Positions 10,362 through 19,777 of a stretch of DNA of 64,000 nucleotides are shown here, one piece after another (within the stretch, counting starts at the first letter, position 1; the number at the start of each line of letters is the position of its first letter). This DNA comes from a virus. The translations under genes and the position numbers were made by a program. The notes under the pieces were generated by a model. That model ran no database searches and had not been told where the DNA came from. It saw nothing but the letters and a program-made list of their open reading frames with translations. The stretch lies in IMG/VR virus record IMGVR_UViG_3300022682_000033, positions 3,893 through 67,892 of that record. One strand, given 5' to 3'.

Positions 10362-11565
10362 GATGCTGAGACAAATCAGATTTGCCAGCGACATAAAAAT
10401 GAGCCGTAATTTCGCCGACTTTTTATCTGATCGCATTTTGCAGGCAGCCACTGAAAAAACATTGTTAAAGTTTTCTGAACGGTTATGCGTGCTTGTTAAC
10501 GCATCTGTCGGAAAGTTAAATCATGATATAAAAACAGATTTCATTCGGGTTGCAATGCAACCGGAATCAAATATCATGGTTTCATGGATGCGCGAATATC
10601 CCAAACTGGCCGCCATGCTATGCTTTATCAGAGACGATAAGGAACGGCGCGACATTATCTCAGGCATAGATATTGATATCGAGGATAAGCCACAAGGCGT
10701 GGCAGTGCAAAGAAAGCCGTTTGATATCGGTATTAATGTAGTTTGCAGCACTCCACTTTCTCATGGGTCAGACATAAAAGCAGGCAATGCAACGCTTTTC
10801 AGGCGCATGGGTGTGCTTTCAAATAAGGAGTCAGTCTTATCCCTACCTTATTACGCCGGTAATGCCATGAGAGGTCTCATGCGCGATTTATTGGCCGATC
10901 ATTTCCTTGAATCACTTGGATTGACGCCGCGCCGCGACACGCCTCCTGTCGAGTTGTGGTTTTTTCATGCACTGTATTCAGGAGGCGCACTATCTGAGCA
11001 AAGCAAGTCTTTAAGTGACATTATGAAAGTAGCTGGTAAAACAGCTATCCGAGCAGACGGGATCAAGCAGATTAGAGAAAACTTTCCAGCATTATCATTG
11101 CTCGGTTTTGCATTCGGGAACCGCGTATTGTCTGGACGTTGTAATTTTGGAGACCTAAGGCCGGTGTGCAAACAGTGGGGGTTTGATAGCGATATTGATG
11201 TTAATGATCTTTTCGAGTGGGTATTCCTCACACGACGCGAAGACCATGAAGGCCACAATGATGATGAGAACTCAAGTATGATTGCAAATTGTGAATGCCT
11301 AAAACCTGGTGTTGTGCTTGACGGGGGCGTTGATTACGGACCTTATCTGACAGATATCGAAAAGGGTGCGTTGGCGCGTGGATTATTATTGATATCTGAA
11401 AAGGGACGGCTCGGTGCGGAAGCAAGGCGCGATTTGGGAGGCGTTAATTTTGTTTTTGAGAACCTTCCAGACCCGAAACCGTATGATGATTTTTTGGTTG
11501 AAAAGAAAGATTCTATCATTGCTTTTTTGAATGAGATAAGCGCATTTAAGGAGGCTATAAAGTGA
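10333..11565 (+). CDS. csf2: Type IV CRISPR Csf2 (Cas7) with a ~110-aa helical, Cas11-like N-terminal extension
   Basis: RAMP motifs TPLSHG, LPYYAGNAMRGLMRD, LYSGGAL, FPALSLLG and Gly-loop RLGAEARRDLGGV; GGAGG RBS before the ATG at 10333. Confidence 0.8.
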   Translation: MNRDFITTIEMLRQIRFASDIKMSRNFADFLSDRILQAATEKTLLKFSERLCVLVNASVGKLNHDIKTDFIRVAMQPESNIMVSWMREYPKLAAMLCFIRDDKERRDIISGIDIDIEDKPQGVAVQRKPFDIGINVVCSTPLSHGSDIKAGNATLFRRMGVLSNKESVLSLPYYAGNAMRGLMRDLLADHFLESLGLTPRRDTPPVELWFFHALYSGGALSEQSKSLSDIMKVAGKTAIRADGIKQIRENFPALSLLGFAFGNRVLSGRCNFGDLRPVCKQWGFDSDIDVNDLFEWVFLTRREDHEGHNDDENSSMIANCECLKPGVVLDGGVDYGPYLTDIEKGALARGLLLISEKGRLGAEARRDLGGVNFVFENLPDPKPYDDFLVEKKDSIIAFLNEISAFKEAIK

Positions 11566-12194
11566 ATCTAAAAGTTATTTTTGAGCTTGACGGAACTGGT
11601 GTCGTGTATAGCCCATCATTTCCGCTTCACCTTGATGGACTTTTGGAATGGGCGGCCATGCCGATTGAGAAAATAGGAATTGTTGATCGCAATTCAGATG
11701 ATATTTTTCATCCCGAAATTCCGGTTGAAAAGTGGAAGGTTGGTGATACATGGGGTTGGAAAGCATCGGCGTTGTTCCCGGAGCCGGAACGACATCCTGA
11801 ATCAATCCAATACTGGAGAAAAAAATTTCGCCAAAATCGCTCACATCTTCTTGGTTGCAGTTTTAATACGATGTCCGGCGCTTACAGAGAGTATAATATG
11901 CCGATGGTTCTCTGTATGTGCAATCGGATGATTGCTTATGTTCGCGGAGAAAAATGCAAGATAAAAACTCTTTTGGAAAAGATAAAATACTTAGGTAAAA
12001 AGGGTTCTTACGGGAAAGGCCGTGTAAACAATATCCGAGTACGTGGAATCAATCACGATTGGTCTATTGAGAAGGATGGACGTTACATGCGCTTTTTCCC
12101 TAAAAAAGACGGTGTTCGTTTCGGTAGAGTAAGGCCGCCGTATTGGAATACAACGAACCGATTGCAAACGTGTTATGTGGGGGATGCGGTTTGA
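11562..12194 (+). CDS. csf3: Type IV CRISPR Csf3 (Cas5), copy 1
   Basis: LHLDGLL, WKAS, YLGKKGSYGKGRV Gly-loop, RPPYW. Confidence 0.8.
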   Translation: MNLKVIFELDGTGVVYSPSFPLHLDGLLEWAAMPIEKIGIVDRNSDDIFHPEIPVEKWKVGDTWGWKASALFPEPERHPESIQYWRKKFRQNRSHLLGCSFNTMSGAYREYNMPMVLCMCNRMIAYVRGEKCKIKTLLEKIKYLGKKGSYGKGRVNNIRVRGINHDWSIEKDGRYMRFFPKKDGVRFGRVRPPYWNTTNRLQTCYVGDAV

Positions 12195-12979
12195 ATTTCC
12201 ACAATTATTTCATGGAAGATATTGTTGCGGCTAAAATATACACCAACTATCTTGAGGCGAATGCAAAAAAAACAATCCTCAAAATAGAATCTTTTTTGGA
12301 TAGCTGTAAATCTGTTTGTTTTTCTCTATCTTTTGGAAAAGATAGTATGACGATATTACAGTTATTGCATGAAAGCGGTTTGATTGATAAAATATCTCTC
12401 GTTATGTTCAATCATTCCGGTATAGAAACAGATGATACTGAAATATTTATTGATTATGTAGTTGAATATTATGATATCAAAAGAAAATTTTATATGACCA
12501 AACCGGATGAGAATACATTAAAAAAATCACTATCAACAGTCGATTTTGATGCTTTTCATCCGATGCGAGATTTTGTGTATTATTGCCTTGAAAAGCCTCG
12601 TTGGGAATTAATGGATAAGTTTGATGTGGATGGAACGATTTTAGGTTTAAGAATTGACGAATCGAGAGGAAGAAAAATAAACTATTTTGTTCGTGGTGAT
12701 AATTATTATGCAAAGCGCGAACTGTCTAACATATTGACTCCTATTGTTAAGTGGAGAACAATAGATATATATCGTTTCGCGGCATTGCGAAAAATCCCTT
12801 TTCATCCGATCTATCGAAAAAAAGCACGACTCGGATATGACAAAATGCAAATACGCCATAATACACCGTTAGAGGTTAAATTTTCAAATAATGGCGATAT
12901 GTCTGTTTTGAAAGCACTGTATCCACGTACTTTTCAAGAATATGAACATATTTTACCACAAATATCGAATTTTTTATAA
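12143..12979 (+). CDS. cysH: CysH/PAPS-reductase-like PP-loop protein of type IV-B loci (start uncertain)
   Basis: SLSFGKDS PP-loop, LGLRIDESRGR, PIVKW...DIY. Confidence 0.8.
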   Translation: MEYNEPIANVLCGGCGLNFHNYFMEDIVAAKIYTNYLEANAKKTILKIESFLDSCKSVCFSLSFGKDSMTILQLLHESGLIDKISLVMFNHSGIETDDTEIFIDYVVEYYDIKRKFYMTKPDENTLKKSLSTVDFDAFHPMRDFVYYCLEKPRWELMDKFDVDGTILGLRIDESRGRKINYFVRGDNYYAKRELSNILTPIVKWRTIDIYRFAALRKIPFHPIYRKKARLGYDKMQIRHNTPLEVKFSNNGDMSVLKALYPRTFQEYEHILPQISNFL

Positions 12980-13036
12980 GGAGGTGATTGTGATGCAAAA
13001 AGCTACTGGAAGCGGAAGAGGCGGGAGAGGCAGATA

Positions 13037-13777
13037 ATGCACACCTTACAGCTAATCGGAAGGCAAATAAAAGACCATTGGAAAGAGTTGCCTTCCGAAC
13101 CACAAAAAGAAATATGCTGCGTTTCCGGTGATTATTGCGACTGCGTTCCGCGCAAAAAAACGTTTTCATCTGGCTTTACATCCCAAAAAAAATTGGCCGC
13201 GCCCGAATCGCAATGGGTGTCAGTCGAAATATACCAGGCCATGAAATACAGGCCGTCACGGTCGTCTTGGGTTGTTTCGGAAAACGGTTTTCAAAAACTA
13301 ACACGCATTGAAGCACGTGAATATGTACTTCACAACCAATTGTCGCCGCCGTGGGCGGGATATATAACAACCAGCTATAAGAAGCACGGCGGATTGATCG
13401 CTCCCTTTAATTCGGGTGATAAGGCTGTATGGCTGTTTGAGACAATGATTGTTGATTGTTCTGATTCAGAAAAGATCAATCGTTGGTATAATATCATGGA
13501 TGATGCTCTTAGGAATGGGATAGGGAGAACTATAATCGAAACGCTTGAAATATCACCGCTATACATACCGAAAATTGGAATTGACCGTTGGATTGCTTTT
13601 GAAAAGTGGGCGCGTCCAAAAATTAACGATCCGCTATATAAATTTTTGACCTATTTTATGAAGTCTCAGGAGGAATTGAAAGATGAAAAAAAAGAATCAG
13701 TTAATAAAGAAAGAAAAGAATATCAGAAAACTGAAAATGTTTTCGAAAAACAATTGCAAATGTTTCCCGATTCTTGA
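13037..13777 (+). CDS. csf1: Type IV CRISPR Csf1 (Cas8-like)
   Basis: N-terminal Cys cluster, FSSGFT, PPWAGYITTSYKKH; operon context. Confidence 0.7.
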   Translation: MHTLQLIGRQIKDHWKELPSEPQKEICCVSGDYCDCVPRKKTFSSGFTSQKKLAAPESQWVSVEIYQAMKYRPSRSSWVVSENGFQKLTRIEAREYVLHNQLSPPWAGYITTSYKKHGGLIAPFNSGDKAVWLFETMIVDCSDSEKINRWYNIMDDALRNGIGRTIIETLEISPLYIPKIGIDRWIAFEKWARPKINDPLYKFLTYFMKSQEELKDEKKESVNKERKEYQKTENVFEKQLQMFPDS

Positions 13778-13955
13778 AAGAATAATATGGTTTGATAGCG
13801 AGGTTGAAAAAGATAAATTCCCAAATGCGACTAAACTAGCTAAAAAATTTGAGATATCTGTTAGAACTGCACAAAGAGCAATAGAAACAATGAGAGATAG
13901 GCTTGAAATAGATATCCAATATGATCCTCATAAAAAAGGATACTTCTATGGATAA
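13683..13955 (+). CDS. Stand-alone winged HTH (HTH_11-like, as at the N-terminus of WYL regulators)
   Basis: PNATKLAKKFEISVRTAQRAIETMRDRL...IQYD...GYFY. Confidence 0.7.
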   Translation: MKKKNQLIKKEKNIRKLKMFSKNNCKCFPILERIIWFDSEVEKDKFPNATKLAKKFEISVRTAQRAIETMRDRLEIDIQYDPHKKGYFYG

Positions 13956-14571
13956 TCTAAAAATAATTTTTCATTTAGATGGTACTGGCGTTTTTTTGAC
14001 AGGCATACATCATTTAGATGGTATTTTGGCATATCAATATTTCGCAAATAATGGCTGTGATCGTCTAACCAATGCAAATGATGTGCCTGAAGACGCTGAT
14101 TTACCGTTAGAAAAATGGGAAATAGATGGCCATTGGGGTTGGAAGGCAAGCATGCTATTTCCAGGAGAAAAATTTAATAGTTCGATACAATATAGACGTA
14201 GGAGATTTAATATAAATCGAATCGAAATGTTAAATTGCTCTATTAGTACAATGGGATTCACGACTGGCAATAGAAATATGCCAATGGATTTAAAATTAGT
14301 TGATAAAATTTATTCTTATGCAGTTGGTGATAAAAATAAATTATTAAATTTATTAAAAAATATAAAATATATAGGCAAGGATGCATCAAGAGGAAAGGGG
14401 CGCGTTAATGATATTACGATCGAATATTTAGACAGAGATAAGTCTATGTATGATTCGGACGGGCATCCTGTCAGATATCTTCCAGATGAAAGCGGAAGTA
14501 GGTTTGGAAGGGTGAGACCGCCGTATTGGAATAACCATGATAGGTGCCATACAAAAATATTTATTCAATAA
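13948..14571 (+). CDS. csf3: Type IV CRISPR Csf3 (Cas5), copy 2
   Basis: Collinear with 11562-12194: LDGTG, HLDG, EKW, WGWKAS.LFP, IGK..S.GKGRVN, RFGRVRPPYWN. Confidence 0.8.
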   Translation: MDNLKIIFHLDGTGVFLTGIHHLDGILAYQYFANNGCDRLTNANDVPEDADLPLEKWEIDGHWGWKASMLFPGEKFNSSIQYRRRRFNINRIEMLNCSISTMGFTTGNRNMPMDLKLVDKIYSYAVGDKNKLLNLLKNIKYIGKDASRGKGRVNDITIEYLDRDKSMYDSDGHPVRYLPDESGSRFGRVRPPYWNNHDRCHTKIFIQ

Positions 14572-14588
14572 ATAGGATAAGATAAAAA

Positions 14589-17500
14589 ATGGCTGAAGCA
14601 GCATTAGGAACAAAATTCACAACTAAGGGCGCTAACGATGTTATCAATGCCCTTGACACGATTAAGAACTCAATGGCCGCATTGGATAGGATAAATGCGT
14701 CTTTTGTTAAAAATGCTGCTGCTGTCAACAAACAATTTGAGAATTTTAATAAGACCGCCAAAAGCGCCGCACAAAACATAAATACTTTTGTAAAAAGCGC
14801 TGACATAGCCTCAAAATCTACAAAGTCAGCTTCCGAAAATATCAAGAATGCCGGTGATAACGTAAAAAGAACCGGAAGCGAGTTTGACAAAACTTCAAAA
14901 AAGGTTGGCGGATTCTCAAAAGTTATTGAAACTCTAAACAATAATTTCGCGAGAATAAGCCAGGCCGGTAATGATGTCGCTAACATCGGGCAAAAGATGA
15001 TCGGTGTTTTGTCATTTCCAGTAAAAGAGGCCGCTGATTTTCAGAACAAGATGCAAGCGGTTAAGGCTGTCATGGCCGATGTGAGTGAAGAAGGCTTTAA
15101 GGCCATGTCAGATGAGGCTAAGCGGATGGGGGCCACAACCGCCGCCACGGCTTCACAGGCAGCCGAGGCACTTCAATTCCTTGCTATGGCTGGTCTTGAT
15201 GCAAGGGAAGCGACAGAGGCACTCTCAGGCACTTTGGCGCTTGCTCAGGCTGGTAACTTGTCAATGGCTAAGGCCGCTGATATTAGCACCAATGTTTTGG
15301 CCGGTTTGGGTCTTGAGGTGGAAGAACTTGGCCGCGTTGTGGATGTCATGGCGACCGCCGCCAACAAATCGAATCAAAGCGTTTCTGAACTTGGACAAGC
15401 AATGAGAATCGCAGGCCCAGCCGCAAAAGGCACAAACACCGAAATGGAGGACATGGTCGCTTTTTTGGGCGGGCTTGCAAATGCCGGTATAAAGGGATCG
15501 AATGCCGGTCATGCTGTCAAACGGATGCTTATATCGCTGTTAAGCCCGACCGGACGCGCCGCCGATAAATTGGAAGAATTGAACATCTCAACGGAAGATT
15601 CGGAAGGCAATTTCAGGGGACTAATACCGATCCTAAAAGACCTTCAAGGCAGGCAAGTTGACCTCGCCGATGCAACCGAAATATTTGGGAAATATACATC
15701 AACTGCGGCCATTGCAGCGGCCGGAGCGACAAATGACATTGAAGGATTGCAAGGTGCTTTTGAACAAGCGTCCGGAGCCGCAAAGAAGATGGCGAAAACT
15801 CGGTTGGATAGTTTTTTGGGTTCTTTGACGCTACTCAAATCAGCGGTTTCTGGACTATTAATTTCAGCGGGGGAGCCATTGCTTGGAATCCTTGCGAAAA
15901 TAGCAGGGGCCGCAACAAAGCTGATAGGAATAATTCAATCTGTTGGGAAATTTCTTGGCCCTGTTACTCCGATATTGTTGGCGATTGTAGGAGTTCTCGG
16001 AAGCCTTTTAGTTGTCATGGGGTCAACGGCTGTGGCATTGGCAGGGATGATAGCTGCATTCACAACGCTTTCAGGTATTTTGCAAGGCCAGGTTGCAACA
16101 AGCCTTTTCGGATATGTTCGTAACCTTGCGGTCGTTAATGCTGGAATGACAGTTACCACTACGGTTGTTGGAAAATTGAAATTAGCGTTCACAACATTGC
16201 TTCCGGTTTTGGCAGCGGTTGGAGCGGCTTGGGGAATTTCGAAAATATATGAGGCGATCAAAGCCTATTATTCAATGCGGGACGCTCAAAAGGCGGCCAA
16301 AGAATCAATTCAAAATCTCGTAACAAACAGTCAAAATCTGATTGATAAATATTCAGAATTTGGTGCAATGGATTTTTCCGGCAAAACCGTAAACCAATTG
16401 GTTCAAATGCAAACTGAATTAAAAAAAGCCCGTGTCTATTGGATTGCAATGAAAAACGTTGCCGAAACCAAAAAAGATTCGGAGGCTATTGCCGATGCAA
16501 CCGCTAAATTGAAAGAGCTTGATGGGATGCTTGTTCAGGTTTCTCAACAATCGGCGCTTGAAAAGCCACGAGAGGCAATTAAGGCAACCAAAGATGAGAT
16601 GCAGAAATTCAAGGAGGCCGCTCAGGATGCGTATGATAAGGCAATTGAATCAGCAAAAAAATATACAGACAAGGCGTTAGAATTTACGGAAAAAATAAGG
16701 CAAGCGAATCTTACCACAGAACAAAAGGTCGCTGAATTTAGGCGTCAAGGATTAACTGATGAAGAGAAAAGGGCTTCTCGTCAAAAAGAACTCGAAGAAA
16801 CACTTGCTAAACTGAAAGAAGCATCCGCCAATAAAGACTATGAAACAGCCGAGAGATTGGCTAAACACGCGGAGTCGCTGCAAGTCGCCAACATGCAAGG
16901 CCAAGATAAGGTCACTGAAAATCAAATTCAGGGTTATGAACAAATCAGGCAGGCGTATAATGATTATGTGTTAGAGCCTCAAAAACAAGCAAACGTTGAA
17001 CTCGCTAAAGGCGCTTCCGAAGCGGCAAAAACGATTCAGGAACAACTAAATGCAATAGGTGATAATCTCACAGCAAATGTAAGAATTGAGCTTTCAAACC
17101 TTCAGGAAATGGAAGAAACGTTAGATGCTCAATTCGCAAAAATAGAACCTGAAATTGATCTAAAAAAACCAGCATTGACCGCTCTTGATGAGGCTTTGAA
17201 AGCGATTGAAAATACCGATAAAAAGGTTGACGTTCCAGTGGATGCGGACGATGCCGAAGCAAAGAGAAAAATATCCGAACTTACGAAAACCGAAACGAAA
17301 ATTATAAAAGTTGTCACTCAAGAGGCAAAATCGGGGGGCGGTGTCGCAGGTGATTCAGGCCCGTTGAAATTATCGCGTGGGTTTAAGCTTCCTGGATATT
17401 CTCGAAAAGACACAGTACCAGCATTATTGACGCTTGGTGAGAGGGTCACAAACGCATTATCAACGCGAGTAATAGACGGTTTTATGCCCGGTCTTATGGA

Positions 17501-17825
17501 TTCAATCAATCGCCTAAGAACGCGCCAAGACGCTGTCAATTTGTTCTCAAAATTTATGCCGACAATAAAGGCTTCTCAAGGTGCTTTTATCGCTGCAAGG
17601 CGTCAACCGGTTATGAGACCGGTTCTAAAACTTGCCGATGGTGCGAAGGTTGGCGGCGGATCGACAACGATAAATAATAATGGTCTTAACCTTGATGACA
17701 TCAAAGACTTAGGCCGGATTATGGTAGTAACGCCTAAAGAGAAAGGTTCAATATTTGGGAATGAGTCAATCCTAAAACAACTGACTCGTGAAATGCAAAG
17801 ACAGAAAATGGCGGGTGCTTTCTAA
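14589..17825 (+). CDS. Tail tape measure protein (TP901-family core)
   Basis: 1078 aa, Ala-rich helical; AAEALQFLAMAGL, LANAGIKGSNAG. Confidence 0.92.
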   Translation: MAEAALGTKFTTKGANDVINALDTIKNSMAALDRINASFVKNAAAVNKQFENFNKTAKSAAQNINTFVKSADIASKSTKSASENIKNAGDNVKRTGSEFDKTSKKVGGFSKVIETLNNNFARISQAGNDVANIGQKMIGVLSFPVKEAADFQNKMQAVKAVMADVSEEGFKAMSDEAKRMGATTAATASQAAEALQFLAMAGLDAREATEALSGTLALAQAGNLSMAKAADISTNVLAGLGLEVEELGRVVDVMATAANKSNQSVSELGQAMRIAGPAAKGTNTEMEDMVAFLGGLANAGIKGSNAGHAVKRMLISLLSPTGRAADKLEELNISTEDSEGNFRGLIPILKDLQGRQVDLADATEIFGKYTSTAAIAAAGATNDIEGLQGAFEQASGAAKKMAKTRLDSFLGSLTLLKSAVSGLLISAGEPLLGILAKIAGAATKLIGIIQSVGKFLGPVTPILLAIVGVLGSLLVVMGSTAVALAGMIAAFTTLSGILQGQVATSLFGYVRNLAVVNAGMTVTTTVVGKLKLAFTTLLPVLAAVGAAWGISKIYEAIKAYYSMRDAQKAAKESIQNLVTNSQNLIDKYSEFGAMDFSGKTVNQLVQMQTELKKARVYWIAMKNVAETKKDSEAIADATAKLKELDGMLVQVSQQSALEKPREAIKATKDEMQKFKEAAQDAYDKAIESAKKYTDKALEFTEKIRQANLTTEQKVAEFRRQGLTDEEKRASRQKELEETLAKLKEASANKDYETAERLAKHAESLQVANMQGQDKVTENQIQGYEQIRQAYNDYVLEPQKQANVELAKGASEAAKTIQEQLNAIGDNLTANVRIELSNLQEMEETLDAQFAKIEPEIDLKKPALTALDEALKAIENTDKKVDVPVDADDAEAKRKISELTKTETKIIKVVTQEAKSGGGVAGDSGPLKLSRGFKLPGYSRKDTVPALLTLGERVTNALSTRVIDGFMPGLMDSINRLRTRQDAVNLFSKFMPTIKASQGAFIAARRQPVMRPVLKLADGAKVGGGSTTINNNGLNLDDIKDLGRIMVVTPKEKGSIFGNESILKQLTREMQRQKMAGAF

Positions 17826-18214
17826 TGATATACTCAATGTGGATAGACGACACAGTTGAATTGCCGGACTTATGGTTTCAAGATGAACTCTCATATTCTG
17901 GTGTTCATAATGTGTCAAAACGCGCTCTGAACAGGCAAAATCATATTTATGAGCAGGCCGAACCGGATCAACCGATAAACATAGTCGGAAGCGAACGGAG
18001 AGGCGTTTTAACGCGGTCTCAGATTGAGAGCATCAAAGCCTTGTCTGTGGCTCCGTTGGCGCAATATACGCTTTCTTACAACGGCACGGAGCGTAATTTT
18101 CGATTCCGAAATGAAGACCCGCCATCTGTTTATGCGGATAGAATTGAAACGAGAACTTTCCCAAACGATGAAGATCATTTCAACAATGTGATTATAAAAA
18201 TAGTGTTCATATAA
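17825..18214 (+). CDS. Putative distal tail protein
   Basis: Translationally coupled to the tape measure gene (TAATG). Confidence 0.5.
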   Translation: MIYSMWIDDTVELPDLWFQDELSYSGVHNVSKRALNRQNHIYEQAEPDQPINIVGSERRGVLTRSQIESIKALSVAPLAQYTLSYNGTERNFRFRNEDPPSVYADRIETRTFPNDEDHFNNVIIKIVFI

Positions 18215-18342
18215 ATTCCCGCATTGAGCTTTGCTCTTTTCTCTCAATGTAGGGTCCAGGGGCGCGGCTGGTCACCGTTAAAGGCCGGCGCCACCTCCAC
18301 GCCGGCCGGCCCCTAAACCAATTTTGAAAGGTAAAAAATATT

Positions 18343-19776
18343 ATGCCAACGGTTGCGGAGAGCGTAAAATATCACGCTGAAAGAATTTCAGATACTTCTT
18401 CCAATGGCGGGAGAAGGGGAACGAAAAAGATAATTGACAATTCAGAGCAGGCCCTTTTTCCTTATCCGACTCGTGGAGAAATGGTTGACGGGATTGCTGA
18501 TAAAATACGATTCATGTTCATGAAAAATGAGAATGCATCGAATGTTAGCATGTTCAATGTCATGGGCTTTCAGGAAATGCCTTCAAATGGTGATGACAAA
18601 TATCTTTATGCGGATGCGGATTGGCGTGAAACAAATGCGGATGTTGTCGAAGCCGATACCGCTTGGTGCGGATGCGGAAAGTTGAATTCGGCATTAACCG
18701 GAAGCGGGTCTGAGGTTCAAGTTGAACTTTTGATGGAAAGCAACGAGCCGAGTTTCATCAATGGCAACGAGCTTCACATTGCCGATTATTTTTTCACTTC
18801 TCAAACGATTGGTTCCGGTGTTACGGTTGGTGATTCTGTTGAATTGTCAGGCGGAACCTGGGGGAAAATCGCATTAGATGAGTCAATTATCTATCTCAAG
18901 GGCCGCTATATGGGTGACAATATCGTTATGTCATACCAGAGCGGTACGAATACCGAAGCGTTCGTTACAATCGCCGAGAATTTATATGAGGATGAAGATA
19001 TTGGCGATGGCGATGGCTCTGACACTTCCCCTACGCTGTCTGCCCTGGCGAACGCTACGAACGGGATTGTTGGGAATATACCAGATATGCGCCCGGTCGT
19101 TACGGTGACGGTAAGTGGCTCTCCTCAAACTGTTACGATTGGCGCGGATGGTACATGCACAGGATATTGTTCAGCCGGTCAACTAAATATGGCAGATGGC
19201 ACGTGGACTACCCCAATAACGTTCACAGCCGCGCCTGACAATGCCACCAATATAACGATCACGTACAGAGAAAAACCTTACTCGTACAGCGGAAACGTGG
19301 CCACCGTCGATCTTGATGACCCGATCCCGAACGCTTATGGGACATCAAACACCTATGCCGCCTGTTGTTTACAAAAAGACAACACCACGCCAGCGATTGA
19401 AAGTTGGGTTGAGACAAGTACTTCCGGCACATTCGATGAGTCCGGCAACCCGGTTCAATTGGATTGCTTGGGAACATTTGACGATGACATAACAATCACT
19501 TTTACCAGCGCGACCGCTTTTACGGTTTCCGGTTTGAACGCCGGTAACATGGGAAGCGGCACGACAAGCGCTGACTTTACTTATGTTGATCCTGAAACCG
19601 GAGCGGATGCACTCGTAATACCGAGCGCAGGATGGGGAGGAACTTGGGCCACAAACGAAACGATAAATTTTACGATGCGGCCGGCTGAGTTTCATGTAAA
19701 AGTCAAACAAGACTTGCCAAGCGCGGCCACGGCGGTTTCTGAAAATCAATTCGATTTAACGTGGATGTGGACATAA
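18343..19776 (+). CDS. Tail structural protein
   Basis: ISDTSSNGGR N-terminus; Thr/Gly-rich; GWGGTWA motif also in the tail tube protein. Confidence 0.55.
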   Translation: MPTVAESVKYHAERISDTSSNGGRRGTKKIIDNSEQALFPYPTRGEMVDGIADKIRFMFMKNENASNVSMFNVMGFQEMPSNGDDKYLYADADWRETNADVVEADTAWCGCGKLNSALTGSGSEVQVELLMESNEPSFINGNELHIADYFFTSQTIGSGVTVGDSVELSGGTWGKIALDESIIYLKGRYMGDNIVMSYQSGTNTEAFVTIAENLYEDEDIGDGDGSDTSPTLSALANATNGIVGNIPDMRPVVTVTVSGSPQTVTIGADGTCTGYCSAGQLNMADGTWTTPITFTAAPDNATNITITYREKPYSYSGNVATVDLDDPIPNAYGTSNTYAACCLQKDNTTPAIESWVETSTSGTFDESGNPVQLDCLGTFDDDITITFTSATAFTVSGLNAGNMGSGTTSADFTYVDPETGADALVIPSAGWGGTWATNETINFTMRPAEFHVKVKQDLPSAATAVSENQFDLTWMWT

Positions 19777-19777
19777 T

